Source: Paraspadella gotoi | Taxonomy: Eukaryota > Animalia > Chaetognatha | Assembly (NCBI GenBank): GCA_051294375.1 | Contig: CM119266.1 | Location: 578,837-642,836 of the forward strand | Length of the DNA: 64,000 nucleotides | Direction: 5' to 3' | In this document: positions 38,296 to 53,192 of the stretch, in pieces | Numbering within the stretch: the first letter of the stretch is position 1 | How the letters are laid out: each line of letters starts with the position of its first letter | The notes under the pieces: model-generated | Told to the model about the DNA's origin: nothing | The model's input: only the letters and a program-made list of their open reading frames with translations | The model's database searches: none | Position numbers and translations under genes: made by a program

Positions 38296-38668
38296 GTCAG
38301 TCCGGGCATTGCCTAGGCTTCACCCCGCCTAGAATCATGAACACCCTGTGTGGATAAGGCGCTACGTGGGCTGAAAGATGACTGTCCGTAACTTCCTATA
38401 ACCCCCTCTAGCCAGCCATGGAACGGGTCCCCTGGGCTTGGACCAGGTTTGAGGGTTGCCATGCCCCCAAGGCGGCTTAACGGCCGTCCTCGCGCTTCCG
38501 CAGGGTAGGTATCGGTTGGGATTAAAACCCCGGTACCTAGTGGTCATGAGCTGTTGGCTTTTACTCTCAATGAGCCACCGGGTCACAACTGAAAGTGTCA
38601 TGATTTCTAGGCNNNNNNNNNNNNNNNNNNNNNNNNNGGCGGGGTGAACCTAGGCAATGCCCGACTAC
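38296..38668. mobile_element. MITE family B, full-length copy with ~45-bp terminal inverted repeats, inside a (GA)n tract
   Basis: Left end GTCAGTCCGGGCATTGCCTAGGCTTCACCCCGCCTAGAATCATGA is the reverse complement, with a few indels, of the right end TCATGATTTCTAGGC[N]GGCGGGGTGAACCTAGGCAATGCCCGACTAC. No coding capacity. Confidence 0.75.
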
Positions 38669-38922
38669 AGAGAGAGAGAGATGCAGATGACGACGTCGAA
38701 GCTGAACAACGCTACATATACTGAAAGCGTCGTGGTCGCCGCCGCCGCCGCTGCCGACTTTACGCCAACGACGACGACGACGACGACGCAGACGACGACG
38801 ACGACGACGACGACGACGCCGGGGCTACCGCGTTTCCGAAAACATTTTTTGCGTAGAAATTCGATTTGATTTTCGAATCTTTGAATTTCAAATCCATTTA
38901 TTTTGGTTAGGATTCCGAGTGG

Positions 38923-39022
<100 letters not shown>

Positions 39023-39411
39023 CAACAGCATCCAACGCTTCTCTTGACCCGAAAACTTGAAAAATGATATATATGGCCAAAATATGGCGTCGATGAAAAC
39101 GACGACGAAGACGACGAAAAAAAAAACCCCGACTGGTCTTTGCTCTGCTTCTTTTTTCCTTTCTCTTGGCTCTTTGATTTTTGCTCTTTGTTCTGAGCTC
39201 TTTGGTTTTGGCTCTTTGCTCTTATCGATAAGATTTTATTCTTTAAGTCGACTTAGATATTGACCACTGACCACTGATGTGCATATTTTTCAGCGGAATG
39301 TTAAGTAGAGTGGAGAGACGGGCGGCGGTGGGAAGTGTCAGAATGGGTTTTCTGGCCATTGAGATTTAAGAGATCAAAAAAATGAAGTTTTGAAGTTGGC
39401 TTCCATAAAAG

Positions 39412-39680
39412 CGTGGGAATTATGTTGTGGGTAAAGACAGAAGTGTGGGGGATTATGTTGTGGGTAAGACAGAAGGTGTGGGGGTTAATGTGTGGGTAAA
39501 AGAAGAAGTGTGGGGGATGTGCTGTTGTGGGTAACAGCAGAGAAGTTTGGGGATTGTTGTTGTTGAGGTAAAGAGAAAGTGTAGGGGGATTGTGTTGTGG
39601 TTAAAGAGAGAAGTGTGGGGGATTGTGTTGTGGGTAAAGAGAGAAGTGTGGGGGATTGTGTTGTGGGTAAAGACAAAAGT
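39412..39680. repeat. Degenerate ~31-33-bp minisatellite
   Basis: GTGTGGGGGATTGTGTTGTGGGTAAAGAGAGAA repeated about 8 times. Confidence 0.8.
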
Positions 39681-39961
39681 GTTGAAACGAGAAGCGAAGC
39701 GAAGAATGAGGACAAGTTTTTCGGTCACGAGAAATTGATGCCTCTGACCACTGATGATGCTTAAGGGAGACGATGATGACGACGACGACGACGACGACGG
39801 CCAAGATCACACCGATAATGATGATAGGAAGACCACGACGACGACAACGACGACGACGGCGACGACAACGGTGGTGTAGAAAGAGACAACCCCAATAATT
39901 ATGAGACAAACTCTTTTCATACAATTGAAACATTCTTTGAAATATTATACAACTTCATTGA

Positions 39962-40151
39962 TAGGGAAACCAGGTACTCTGGGAGTGAATAAACGAGACT
40001 GTGAGAGAGTCTTGATTGAAAGCTTGCTATGTCATTATCTTGTAAGAGTGATGGAGGCCTTAAACCACCAAAGCCTGTCCAAAGTTTGGGGCCAGATAGC
40101 TTATTTATAAAATGAATGGATAATTTTAATATTGGTTGTATCAATTTCATG
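39962..40151 (-). repeat. Dispersed repeat family A, long copy
   Basis: Reverse complement of the copy-2 sequence over about 190 bp. Confidence 0.8.
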
Positions 40152-40534
40152 AACAACAACGGTAGCTAGAATCACCAAACGACGATGACGGGACGGTGAG
40201 TGAATTGAGTGAAAACAAGTCAAGTCTAACAATAACAAATTAACAAGTGAAACTAATTAAAGATGTAAGAGAATAAAAAAAGAATAAGAAGGTAAAAAAG
40301 ACAAGGAAAAGGATTCGGGGATTTTGAAATATTTAAAAAACCAAATTTTTCTCTTAACGTATGGTAATCTTGCATTTCATATGAAAGGTCAGGATTCGAG
40401 TAAAGGAAAAAAGGTAACTCTCTCTCTCTCTCTCTTTCTCTCTCTTCGTTGACTTCGATTTTCTTCCTTTCGTCGTCGCTCAAAATCGTGAGAGAGAATT
40501 CCGCGTCTCAGCGACGAATTCAGACCAAATTGAC

Positions 40535-40600
<66 letters not shown>

Positions 40601-42011
40601 AGGAGAGTGAAGAGTAAAAAGAAGTGAATAAATGAATAACTTTCGATTGTTGACTTTTCGTGCGCCGACTTTTTTCCGCCATGCTATGCCTCTTTCTTTT
40701 CATCGTTACTTTTTCTATTCTTTCATTCTATCGCTACTTTTTCTATTCTTTCTCTTCATTTCGCTACTTTTCTATTTTTTTTTTTCATCCCTACTTTTCA
40801 ATCTTTTCTTATACTTTCGATACCTTTCTCTTCTTTTCTTTTCATTCAACTACTTTTCCTATATTTTCTTTCAATTGCTAACTTTTCTTCTTCTTTTCTT
40901 TCTCCACTACTTTTCTATTCTTCAATTTCGCTACTTTGTATTCTTTTCTTTCATCGCCTAACTTTTCTATTCTTTTATTTCATCGCTACTTTTTCTATTC
41001 TTTTTTTTATCGCTACTTTCTATCAATCATTTCTTATTGGCTATTTTACACTATTCTTTTCTTTTCATTGCTACTTTTCTATTCTTTTTTTCAATGCTAA
41101 CTTTTCCTATTCTTTCCATTCTATCCCTACTTTTCTATTCTTTTCTTTGTCCATTGCTAACTTTTCTAATTTTTTCTTTCATCTGCTACTTTTCTATTCT
41201 TTCTTTCATTGCTACTTTTTCTATTTTTCTTTCATCGCTAACTTTTCTAATTCTTTGATTCTAATCGCTACTTTTCTATTCTTTTCTTTCATTCGCTACT
41301 CTTTGAGATTATTTTTGTGATGTTACTTTGTAAATATTTTGGCTACTTTTATATTTTTAATCATTATCGAATATTCTCAATCCAGTATTTCATTTGTTCA
41401 TAACTTTTCCTTTCTCGCCGTTTTTTCTCTGCCTCTCTCTTGAAGTGAGTGGAAAGTGGCTTTTCAAAATCGGGTTCCTTTCCAACATCACTGTTTTTAA
41501 ATTTAATTTTTTTAGAACTTTTAGCATATTTTTTAAACAAAGTATTTATTAAAAATATTAACAATATTAATATCCTTAAAATATGAAAGAATAATGATAA
41601 TTACGAATACTGTAGTATAAATATTTAACTTGCCAGCTTAAAAGTTAAATTAAGATACCAACAAGAGACATCTTTTTAAAATCAATAGCTGGAGAAGTAA
41701 ATTTATGATTTTTATCAATGTGGATTGGCTATCTTAAATCTTTTTTTTCTCGGCTCTTTAATGATAACTTATATAAATAATAATAGTTATGTTATAATAA
41801 TGTTAAACAGGTCATATAATTTGGAAAAAATATTTAAATATTCACTTTTGACACTCTAATTCGAACCAAGGCTGGGTAGCTTAAACTTTTTATGTTAGAG
41901 CTGTCATAGGTATATCAATTCTCTCATATTTTTAAAGGGCTTTCTGAAGGGATATTAATATCTGTTAATATTTTTAATAAATACTTTGTTTAAAAAGTTT
42001 TAAAAGTTGAA

Positions 42012-42529
42012 AAAAAAGTTTGAGCAAACAATGTCGGATACGCCTACATAAATTATTAATTAATTAATAGATTAATTATTAATATAATAGATTATTAATT
42101 AATTAATTAATAATTATTATAATTTATATTCAGCTTGTCCCATCAATCGATGTCCTTAAAATTGAGTCAGGCAGTTATATAAATGTTTTGTTTACATTTT
42201 ATCAAAAACAACAATATCTCTATTAATCAGCCAGGCGGGCACAAGCCCGCCCTGTGCTAGATTTTTTTTCGGTTTAAGCTTCGTCTCGCTTTTTTGCAGA
42301 TGGCTTCTGAAAGTGTGATATCATAGGGCAGTTGAATTTTCATCAATAATGGCCTTCTAATCATCAAGATCTTTAAATTCTCATGTTTCATATCAAATGT
42401 TTTGTTATGTTTATTTACAAAAACAAAAACGTTTTAATTAATATGTCGTGCTCTCAGTCTCTCTCTCTCTTTTTCTCCCGTCACTGCTTCTTCTAAAAAC
42501 GAGTTCGCGGCTCTGCAGCGCTCTGTCCA

Positions 42530-42561
<32 letters not shown>

Positions 42562-44735
42562 TCTTCTCTCTCTCTCTTTTTTTTTTTACAAACAATTTTT
42601 TAGATATAATGTGGGTTCACTAATGTAAAAAACGATGCCGCGAACAGGGCGCGAACCCGGGTCCTTCTGGGTAGAGAATAGCTCACGCTACGTGCGGGAG
42701 CCATAAGTACTGCAGATTTTTAACCGAGTAAAAGGCTTGTAGAGCTTCTCTCTCTCTCTCTCCTTTTACTCATTATATATGCTCTTTCTCTTTTCCTTTT
42801 TCTCTGAAAGCGGCTTCTCTCTTTCTCTCATTTTTCATCTCTCTCTCTCTCTGTCTCTCTGTCTCTCTGGTGTGATCTGTCCCTATCTGTCGCGGTCTTT
42901 TGCGTGACTCGTTGTTTTTTGAAAAATTTTGATTATTTTTTTCTCTAAAACATATTTTATATTGCCCATTTATTCGGCGCGCGCTTTTTTCAATAGCAAA
43001 ATCCATATTTCATCCGAGTTTTCGTTGGATTAATTCTCTTTTCTTTCTCTCTCTTCATCCTCTCTCTCCCTCTTTTCTCTCTTCTCTCTTTTTTCTCTCT
43101 CCTCCCCTCGTCTTCCGCCCGCCCCTCTCCCCTCCCCCGGCCCGACGCCTCGATCTCTCCCCCGCCGCACCCCCAGCGCGGGCACCCGGACCGGACGCGC
43201 CGCCCCCAGGATGCTCTCGGCACCGTGCGCAGCACGTTACTGCCGTGCGCCGCTGGCCAGGTCGACGCATCTCACCGCTTACCTATCAGAACCACCCGCG
43301 AGCTCAACGGCGCCCTCTTGAGTCTCCTGCCGTCATCGGCGACTGGCTCCGTCGACGGGCGGCACGAATCCTGCTCGGCCTCACGGCGCGGACTCTCTCA
43401 CGTTCAGCTGTCCTGCGCCGCTCATCCCCAGTCGCGGCGCTCCCGTCCGAGAGATTTTCGTGGATGACCCTTCGTCTTTACTTCTCCCCTCTCTACGATC
43501 TCTCTGCCTTTAGCTCACTCTGCCCTTTGCCCCGGTTCTACGTCCGCCTCTTTTCTCTCTCTGTGACTCTTATTTTTTTTCATTTAACATTTCATTTCAC
43601 TGTACGTTTTCCACTGTAAACTTTATATTCAAGCTTCGTCATACGTTTTTTCCCTACGCCACCATCACAAAAATTTCAAACCTCAATCTATCCATCCAAT
43701 TATGAATTAATTAGAGTATTTATTGGACTTAAAATAAGTTAAAAAGATGTTTAGTAAATTCGAACTTATGTTTTTTTCGCATTTAACTATTTCACTCCAC
43801 ACATATCCAGCCTTATCACACACTTTCCTAACCACACACAAAAATTATATTCCAATCCAACAAGCCAATCACGTAGTCTATTGGAGCTTTTTTGCTAAGA
43901 TGGACGGATGACGGATTGATTGACTAAATTAAATTAATTATATTGGACTTTAATTTATTTACTAATTGTATAGATTAATTAACTGATTAATTTTTTGAAT
44001 TTATTAATACATCCTGCAGGTATACATTTAATATAACAAGGAAAAAAGAAGCATTAATCAATTTAGTACAAACAGGGTTTTGTTTTTCAGTTTTTTTCCT
44101 TAAAACTCATTTCCGACCTCCAAAACTATTCCGGCCCTGAAACCTTGATTTCCTGCTTCTTTCAAAATCACACACTTTTCCTACCGCACATTACAAAATT
44201 CCAGGTCAATCAAGCCCCATCGCACTCATGCAAGCAATTGGTGTTCAAATAGTGAATATATTTTTTTTGTTTTTTTATCCAATTTAAACTCATTTCCACT
44301 CGGGACGATTCCATTCGAAAACCTTAAATATTCCAAGCTCAAATTCACACCACTTTACCTGATCCAGCACATTGACAAAATTGTCTTTTTAAAATCCATA
44401 CATTCCAATCAGCGGAAGTAATTGGTGTTTTTTTGGGCTTAAGTGGGAAAGGAGGCGGACGGAACGGACGGACGGAACGGACGGACGCGCGGACGACGTG
44501 ACGGGACGGACGGCCGTCCGACGGACGAAGACGGAACGGGAACGGGACGGAACTATCCATTTTTTTTTGCCATAATTTATCATAATTTCGAGTGTTCTGA
44601 CATGAATATTAAGTGTGGTGCCCGACAATAATTTGAGGGGGCGGACCGACGGAGCCGAAAAAAGAAGTGCAGTTTATAAAAGTGAGTTATAGAGTCGGGG
44701 AATCTGCTGATTAAGGCAGATCCGGAGACTAAAAT
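42012..44735 (-). mobile_element. Second, error-rich copy of the HINE-like element inside the large direct duplication
   Basis: Colinear with 52631-54897, with many indels and an extra GC-rich noisy stretch at ~43100-43560. Confidence 0.55.
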
Positions 44736-47700
44736 AGAATTTTAAAAAAACAATGAGTTAGAAAATTGAAACCGAGTTGAAAAGCATTGTCAAGGCATAA
44801 TCTTAACTGATCAATTATAAAATATTTAAACACATTAAATATTTTTTAGTATTTTCTACTCAATTAATTTTTTAAAATCAATAGAAATAACCACGGTTTG
44901 CAAATGACGGTGCATATTTCTATCGCTGCGCTTGTTAAAAAAAATGTCACGCATTATGTAACTATTAAATTCTTTGTTTTCCTTTTTTTATTTTCGGTTA
45001 GAGGGAGAAGCGAGAGGTTTCCTCGAGAAGGACGAGAGCAATATATGATGAAAAAAGGGAACGAATTCCGTTTTCAAAAATTAAATAAAAGTTTGGGGTA
45101 ANNNNNNNNNNNNNNNNNNNNNNNNNGACATCTTCCTAAGAATACGTGACTGCCGCTGACGACGACGCTCCGATGGACGGACGACGAACGCAAGAGTATT
45201 GACGCACTGTCACGACGAAATGAAGAAGAAAGTACATGACGATGACGACGACGAAGAAGAGTATCTGCACGATCGACTCGACGACGGAGAAGAGTACCGA
45301 CGATGACCGACGACGAATGGTACAGAATTTAACGATCAGTTTTGCGCGTCATAAGAATGTAAAAAGCCCTCCTCGCAGTTCTATATATTGTCTCTCTCTT
45401 CCTCTCTTTCTCTTCCGTCTCTCTCTCTCTCTCCTGCTCTCAACTGCACAAACTCTATGCAGCAAGAAGGCTCTTCTCTTTAGTTCATCAAGTCCCCCTC
45501 TGTCACATCGAAAGCTTCAACTGCAAGACAAAAAAACAAAGAAACTTGCAGAAAGAATATTATTTGCAACCCTGTTCCTCCACTTGGCTCCAATGATGGA
45601 ACCAAAATCACTTTCCGACAATCCAGGAAAGATTGAGGCCATCTGTAGATATATCAGGCACACTGACAATATTACACTATCCCACGCGTTAAATTCAAAA
45701 GCTTTGAACTGGGAATGAGAACAGTAAGGTAGCAATTTTAGAAACTGAACACTAATGGCGGGCCTCTAAAAGGCTTACTGAATTAAAAGTAAATTGATAA
45801 CAACTACATTAAAAAAAGATAAAATTGCTTTTACAGTCCCTTTACATGACATTCGACTCTCAGAAAAGAACGAGCTCGAGGCTTAATAGATAGATAGTCT
45901 AAAGATTCTTGAATGACACATACCAGGAACACACATACAGGAGAATGGGTTCAGCAGTCGCTGGGGGTATGCCATGCGAAGTTCTGTACTCTATTTCCGG
46001 CACAGGATTACTGGTAAAAAACTATGCCAAAAATAACATGGCCGGAAGGACTAATAGTAACAGTGCAACTAAATCAAAAAGAAAAAATTAACGATCATAA
46101 GAAATCTACATTCAATATCTTCAACAGAAACATAATATATAGCCTGAAAGTTTATCGAACGCTTTTGCCACTACTCTATTGATGGTGAAATCTTAAGCAT
46201 CCTTGTGTAATTTTCAAACTCGGCTTCCTTGTGGTGAGCAATGGGGAAGCAGAATAGACTACAAACACTGAAGGTGAACTATCTAAAAGCATTTATGTGT
46301 ATGTAGTATTTAATTTCCTGTTCACAGTTCCTATTAGTCAGTACTATCTGTTAATAAATCTAGAGGGGATTTAAAATAACTTCTAGATTTTATGTCTAGT
46401 ATAAGTTCGAATTCACAGGTTTAACCTCATATTAACGAACCATAACTATTACTTTCTTGAAGACGTCGGAATGTGATCAACTTACTGCAGTCCTCCCTTG
46501 GGAGCCGGTAGGAATCTATTAGTAACCTCAATGACAAAAAAGTTTACGCCAAACGAATTATTAACTCTGCGGAAATAATCTTTTATAAACCATGTCCTCC
46601 ATCAAGAACAAGAACAAGAATACTACGAAAACATACAACGGGATAATCACTGAGAATCATGGTCGACACTAATGTTGCTGAAATTCACTTCCACTTGCCA
46701 AATTCAAATAGCTGCAGCTGATGAAGCAACTTAAAATTGTGAGATCCAAAACATTGGGGGACCCTACTTCCTCACGAGATAACAACACGTCTTGATTTAA
46801 AAGGAGACAGGCAAACACTCATAAGATTAAAATCTTAGTTCAAAATGGCATTTCTGACAATGAATTACACCAATGGAATACAACTTTATTTAAAGCAAAG
46901 AAGCTTCCGAAAAATATAGATCTCTCTCCTTCCTCTCACTCTCGTTAGACAATATAGGACAGGAGAAAAAGAACAGTGGAACTAGAAGTATAATCTCAGT
47001 CTATAATATACACTCACGAAACTGGCACCTCAATTATCGGATAATGATCTAACATCGGAACTCTACTGACTAATCTAGAGAAGCCAGAACATGCACTCCT
47101 CTCTTTAGCCTCTATTCGACAACAAAAGCCTTAGAACACGGAGCATGTAGCTCAAAATACACCTGAATAGATGACCACAATATTGTAAATTCAAGAGCTG
47201 ATAGTGTATTGGTATTAGCAAAGACACCACTGTACTGTAAGACAAATTGTATCATAGTAATTCACTGCAAGAGAATGGATCAATAATGTAATTGATTATA
47301 AAGATTCATGACTATAATCATGGAATAGTTCTCAAGTACACCGAAGAGTAACCATTAAAGTTATCCAATCATAAGAAAGAACGGGGAATGTAGCAGTTTT
47401 CTAGACTGTTCTGTACACTTAAGTTATAGCTATGCGACACTGCTCTGGATTTCCAATTCAATTTTTATGTACCAGAAATTAGACTATCAATCTCTTCATT
47501 ATTATCTTAACAATCAGTTATTAAAATTCCTTTACGATTCTGTTATCAGCAGAATCCCGACCGATAACTTCTACATTATATTAACTCACCTTGTTCGTCC
47601 CTTCTCCCCCTCATATGTTCTCACAACTTAATTCATTTCCAAACATCAATTTATTGGATAAATTCAAAAAATATTGTCCTGAGGTCCTGCGCATCTTACG

Positions 47701-50700
47701 TCTTCATCGTTACTATTACCACCTCTCCGTCATCCGTCCAGTTGACAAATGCCTCCGTTCCGACTACTCTCGTCATTCACATCTTAGCAAACATATACAC
47801 CAAAATTACTCCTGATTATGGATTTTAAAATGAAATTTGTTGGTAGTAAGGCTCTGGATTACTGATTAATAAATTCATGAGAAAACTATCCGATGAATAT
47901 AGTTTAAGGAGATGATCGAAAAAACAAAAAACAAATAATATCACATATTTGAACAACATTTCACTCAATTCTTCACATATATTATATTTAAGAATTCTAG
48001 ACCCTCTAAAATATTTAATTGATATGAAGGATTGTTTTATTGAACTATCAAATTCAAAAAGTTCTCAACCAATAGTGATATGTTGATGTATTGCAGAACT
48101 TATATAAAATTTGCTTCTAAAAAAAAACACAATAAAAGATTTTACTTAAGATTATATCTATCTCCCTTCACCTATTATTATGTATGCCTACTTGTATGCG
48201 TCATAAAATACGAAATTAATTAATCACTTATTTTCAGATTATTCCAATCTATAAATAAATAATCCAATTAGATAATTTTAGTTCAGGTCACTTCACATCT
48301 TACCACCGTCCATCTTAGCAAAAAGCTCCAATAACTCGTATTCTTGATTATTAATTGTTGTAGAATGTTATACTATATTTATGAATAATTTAAATGAACA
48401 TACATAATCAATTTACTAAATCTTTTTAACTTATTTTAACCAATAATTCACTCAATAAATCAAAAATTATGATTAGATTTTAAGTTTGAAATTGTTTATA
48501 TACTGTAAATATTCGAGGAGTATAGACAAGCTTATATAAAGTATTTCTACAAGTGGAAGACTACCAGTAAACTCAGTCTTAAATTTAAATTATAAAGTCA
48601 CTATCACAATGTAGTAGAAAAACAGATGAAAAAAAGAAAGAGAAAAAGAGCAAAAAAAGAAGAAAAAAGACAAAGAATTCAAAACTCAAAATTCTATGAA
48701 ATTTATTTTATTAAAAAACCAATAAATGCAATAATAAAAGTTTTTTTAAAAAAAATAATTCAAAATTTTTCAAAAAAACAACACGATCACGCAAAGATCG
48801 ACAATAGGGACAGACACACACAGAGAGACAGAGAGACAAGAGAGAGAGAGAAAAAAGAGAGAAGAGAGAGACAGCCGCTCGCAGAAAAGAGAAAAGAGAA
48901 AGAGCGATATAATATATAATTAAAGAGAGAGAAGAGAGAACATCTAGCACCTTTTACTCGTTAAAAGATCCAGTAGAGTACTTATGGCCCCGCACGTAGA
49001 CGTGAGCTAATTCTCTACCCAAAAACCCTTTCGCGCCTGTTCGCGGCAATCGTTTTTACATTAGTGAACCCCACATTATATCTAAAAAATTTTTTGTAAA
49101 AAAAAAAAAGAGAGAGAGAAAGAGAGAAGACAGAGAGAGCGAGAAAAGAAGCTGCACAGACGCTGCAGAGCACGCGGAACTCGTTTTAGAAGAGCAGTGA
49201 CGGAGGAGAAAAAAGAGAAGAGAGGAGGAGAGGCGACATATAATTAAAAAACGTTTTGTTTTGGTAAAATAAACATAACAAATACCAATATTGATATGAA
49301 ACTGAGAATTTTAAAGGATCTTGATGATTAGAAGCCATATATGAAAATTCAACTCCCTATGATATCACACTTTCAGAGCCATGATTGCAAAAAAGCGGAG
49401 AACCGAAACTAAACCGAAAAAAATCTAGACAGGACGGGCTTTGCCCGCCTGGGCTCGATAATAGAGGATATTGTTGTTTTTGATAAAAGTAAACAAAACA
49501 TTTAATATAACTGTCCTGACTCAATTTTAAGGACATCGATGATGGACAAGCTGAATTAAAATTATAATTAATATATTAATTAATTAATTAATTACTTATT
49601 AATTAATTAATTAATCTATTAATTAATTAATTAATTATTCGTAGGCCAAACGACATTGTTTGCTCAAACTTGTTTTTTCAACTTTTAAAACTTTTTAAAA
49701 CAAAGTATTATTAAAATATTAACAATATTAATATCCTCAGAAAGCCCTTAAAAATATGAAGAGAAAATGATATACCTATGACGCTCTAACATAAAAAGTA
49801 AGCTACCAGCCTTGGTTCAATTAAGAGTGTCAAAGTGAATAATTTAAAATATTTTTCCAATTATACCTGTTTAAATTATTATAACATAACTATTATTATT
49901 TATATAAGTATCATTAAAGAGCCTGAGAAAAAAAAAGATTTAAGATAGCCAATTCACAATTTGTAAAAATCATAAATTTACTCTCCAGCTATTGATTTTT
50001 AAAGATGTTCGTTTTTGAGTATCTTAATTAACTTAAAGCTGGGCCAGTTAAAATTTATACTACAGTATTCGTAAATATATCATTATCTTCATATTTTAAG
50101 GATATTAATATTGTTAAATTTTATAATACTTTGTTTAAAATACTAAAAGTTCTAAAAAAAAAATTAAATTTAAAAAACAGTGAGTTGGAAAATGAAACCA
50201 TTTGAAAAGCCAACTTCTCCACTCACTCGAGAGAGAGAGAGAGAAAAAACGGCGAGAAAGGAAAAGTTATGAGACAAATGAAATGACTGGATTGAGAAAA
50301 ATATTCGAAAATGATTAAAAAATAATAAAGTAGCAAAATATTTACAAAGTACATCACAAAAATAATCTCAAAAGTAGCGAATGAAAGAAAAGAATAGAAC
50401 AAGTAGCGATAGAATGAAAGAATAGAAAAGTAGCGATGAAAGAAAAAAATAGAAAAGTAGCAATGAAAGAAAGAATAGAAAAGTAGCAGAATGAAAGAAA
50501 AAATAGAAAGTAGCAATGAAAGAAAGAATAGAAAAGTAGGGAATAGATGAAAGAATAGAAAAGTAGCAATGAAAAAAAATAGAAAGGCATGAAAGAAAGA
50601 ATAGTAAAATAGCAATAAAATGAATATAGAAAAAGTAGCGATAAAAAAAAGAATAGAAAAGTAGCGATGAAATAAAAGAATAGAAAAGTAAGCGATGAAG

Positions 50701-51035
50701 AAAAGAATCAAAAGTAGCGATAAATGAAAGAAATAGAAAAGTAGTGGATGAAAGAAAAGAAGAGAAAGTAGCAATGAAAGAAATAATAGAAAAGTTGAAT
50801 GAATGAAAGAAGAAAAGTATCGAAGTAAGAAAAGAATTGAAAAGTAGGGATGAAAAAAAAAATAGAAAAGTAGCGATGAAAAGAAAAGAATAGAAAATAG
50901 CGATAGAATGAAAGAATAGAAAAGTAACGATGAAAGAAAAGAGGCAACAGGGAAAAAAGAGTCGGCGCACGAAAAAGTCAACAATCGAAAGAGTTTTATT
51001 CACTTTTTATTCAACTCTCTCTCTGCTTCTCTTCT

Positions 51036-51080
<45 letters not shown>

Positions 51081-51179
51081 TCTCTCGTTGACTTCGATTT
51101 TCTTCCTTTCGTCGTCGCTCAAAAAATCGTAAGAGAGAGAATTCCGGCGTCTCAGCGACGAATCAACCAAATTGGACGC

Positions 51180-51253
<74 letters not shown>

Positions 51254-51339
51254 TTGAATAAAAAGTGAATAAAACTCTTTCGATTGTTGACTTTTCGTGC
51301 GCCGACTCTTTTTTCCCTGCGTCAAATGTTGCCTCTTTT

Positions 51340-51920
51340 CTTTCATCGTTACTTTTCTATTCTTTCATTCTATCGCTACTTTTCTATTCTTTTCTTTCAT
51401 CGCTACTTTTCTATTTTTTTTTTCATCCCTACTTTTCAATTCTTTTCTTACTTCGATACTTTCTCTTCTTTTCTTTCATCACTACTTTTCTATTATTTTC
51501 TTTCATTGCTACTTTTCTCTTCTTTTCTTTCATCACTACTTTTCTATTCTTTCATTTTATCGCTACTTTTGTATTCTTTTCTTTCATCGCTACTTTTCTA
51601 TTCTTTTATTTCATCGCTACTTTTCTATTCTTTTTTTTTATCGCTACTTTTCTATTCATTCATTTTATTGCTATTTTACTATTCTTTTCTTTCATTGCTA
51701 CTTTTCTATTCTTTTTTTCATGCTACTTTTCTATTCTTTCATTCTATCCCTACTTTTCTATTCTTTTCTTTCATTGCTACTTTTCTATTTTTTTCTTTCA
51801 TTGCTACTTTTCTATTCTTTCTTTCATTGCTACTTTTCTATTTTTTTCTTTCATCGCTACTTTTCTATTCTTTCATTCTATCGCTACTTTTCTATTCTTT
51901 TCTTTCATCGCTACTTTTGA
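51340..51920. repeat. ~25-27-bp pyrimidine-rich minisatellite (also at 40690-41300 and inverted at 50370-50945)
   Basis: Unit GCTACTTTTCTATTCTTTTCTTTCAT(C/T) repeated more than 20 times. Confidence 0.9.
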
Positions 51921-52630
51921 GATTATTTTTGTGATGTACTTTGTAAATATTTTGCTACTTTTATATTTTTTAATCATTATCGAATATTTTCTCAATCCAG
52001 TCATTTCATTTGTCTCATAACTTTTCCTTTCTCGCCGTTTTCTCTCTCTCTCTCTCTGAGTGAGTGGAGAAAGTTGGCTTTTCAAATCGGGTTTCATTTT
52101 CCAACTCACTGTTTTTAAATTTAATTTTTTTTAGAACTTTTAGCATTTTTTTAAACAAAGTATTTATTAAAATATTAACAATATTAATATCCTTAAAAAT
52201 ATGAAGATAATGATATATTTACGAATACTGTAGTATAAAATTTAACTGGCCCAGCTTTAAGTTAATTAAGATACTCAAAAACGAGACATCTTTTTAAAAA
52301 TCAATAGCTGGAGAGTAAATTTATGATTTTTATCAAATTGTGATTGGCTATCTTAAATCTTTTTTTTCTCAGGCTCTTTAATGATACTTATATAAATAAT
52401 AATAGTTTATGTTATAATAATTTAAACAGGTCATATATTTGGAAAAAATATTTTAAATTATTCACTTTTGACACTCTTAATTGAACCAAGGCTGGGTAGC
52501 TTACTTTTTATGTTAGAGCTGTCATAGGTATATCATTCTCTTCATATTTTTAAGGGCCTTTCTTGAGGAATATTAATATTGTTAATATTTTAATAAATAC
52601 TTTGTTTAAAAAAGTTTTAAAAGTTGAAAA

Positions 52631-53145
52631 AAACAAGTTTGAGCAAACAATGTCGGATCTGCCTACGATAATTAATTAATTAATTAATAGATTAATAAAT
52701 AATAATAGATTAATTAATTAATTAATTAATATATTAATTATAATTATTTCAGCTTGTCATCATCGATGTCCTTAAAATTGAGTCAGGACAGTTATAAATG
52801 TTTTGTTTACATTTTATTCAAAACAAACAATAATCCTCTATTATCGAGCCAGGCGGGCAAAGCCCCGTCCTGTCTAGATTTTTTTCGGTTAGCTTTCGGT
52901 CTCGCTTTTTTGCAATCATGGCTTCTGAAAGTGTGATATCATTATAGGGAGTTGAATTTTCAATATATGGCTTCTAATCATCAAGATCTTTAAATTCTCT
53001 ATTTTCATATCAATATGGTATTTGTTTATTTTTATTTTACAAAACAAAAACGTTTTATTATATGTCGCTCTCTCTCTCTCTCTCTTTTTCTCCGTCACTG
53101 CTTCTTCTAAAAAACGAGTTCCGGCTCTGCAGCGTCTGTCCAGCT

Positions 53146-53192
<47 letters not shown>

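Noticed and set aside
45236-48200. Complex-looking ORFs (45236-45718, 45909-46091)
   Set aside because: They lie in the decayed end of a noisy fold-back arm and show no recognisable motifs; probably low-quality read sequence.
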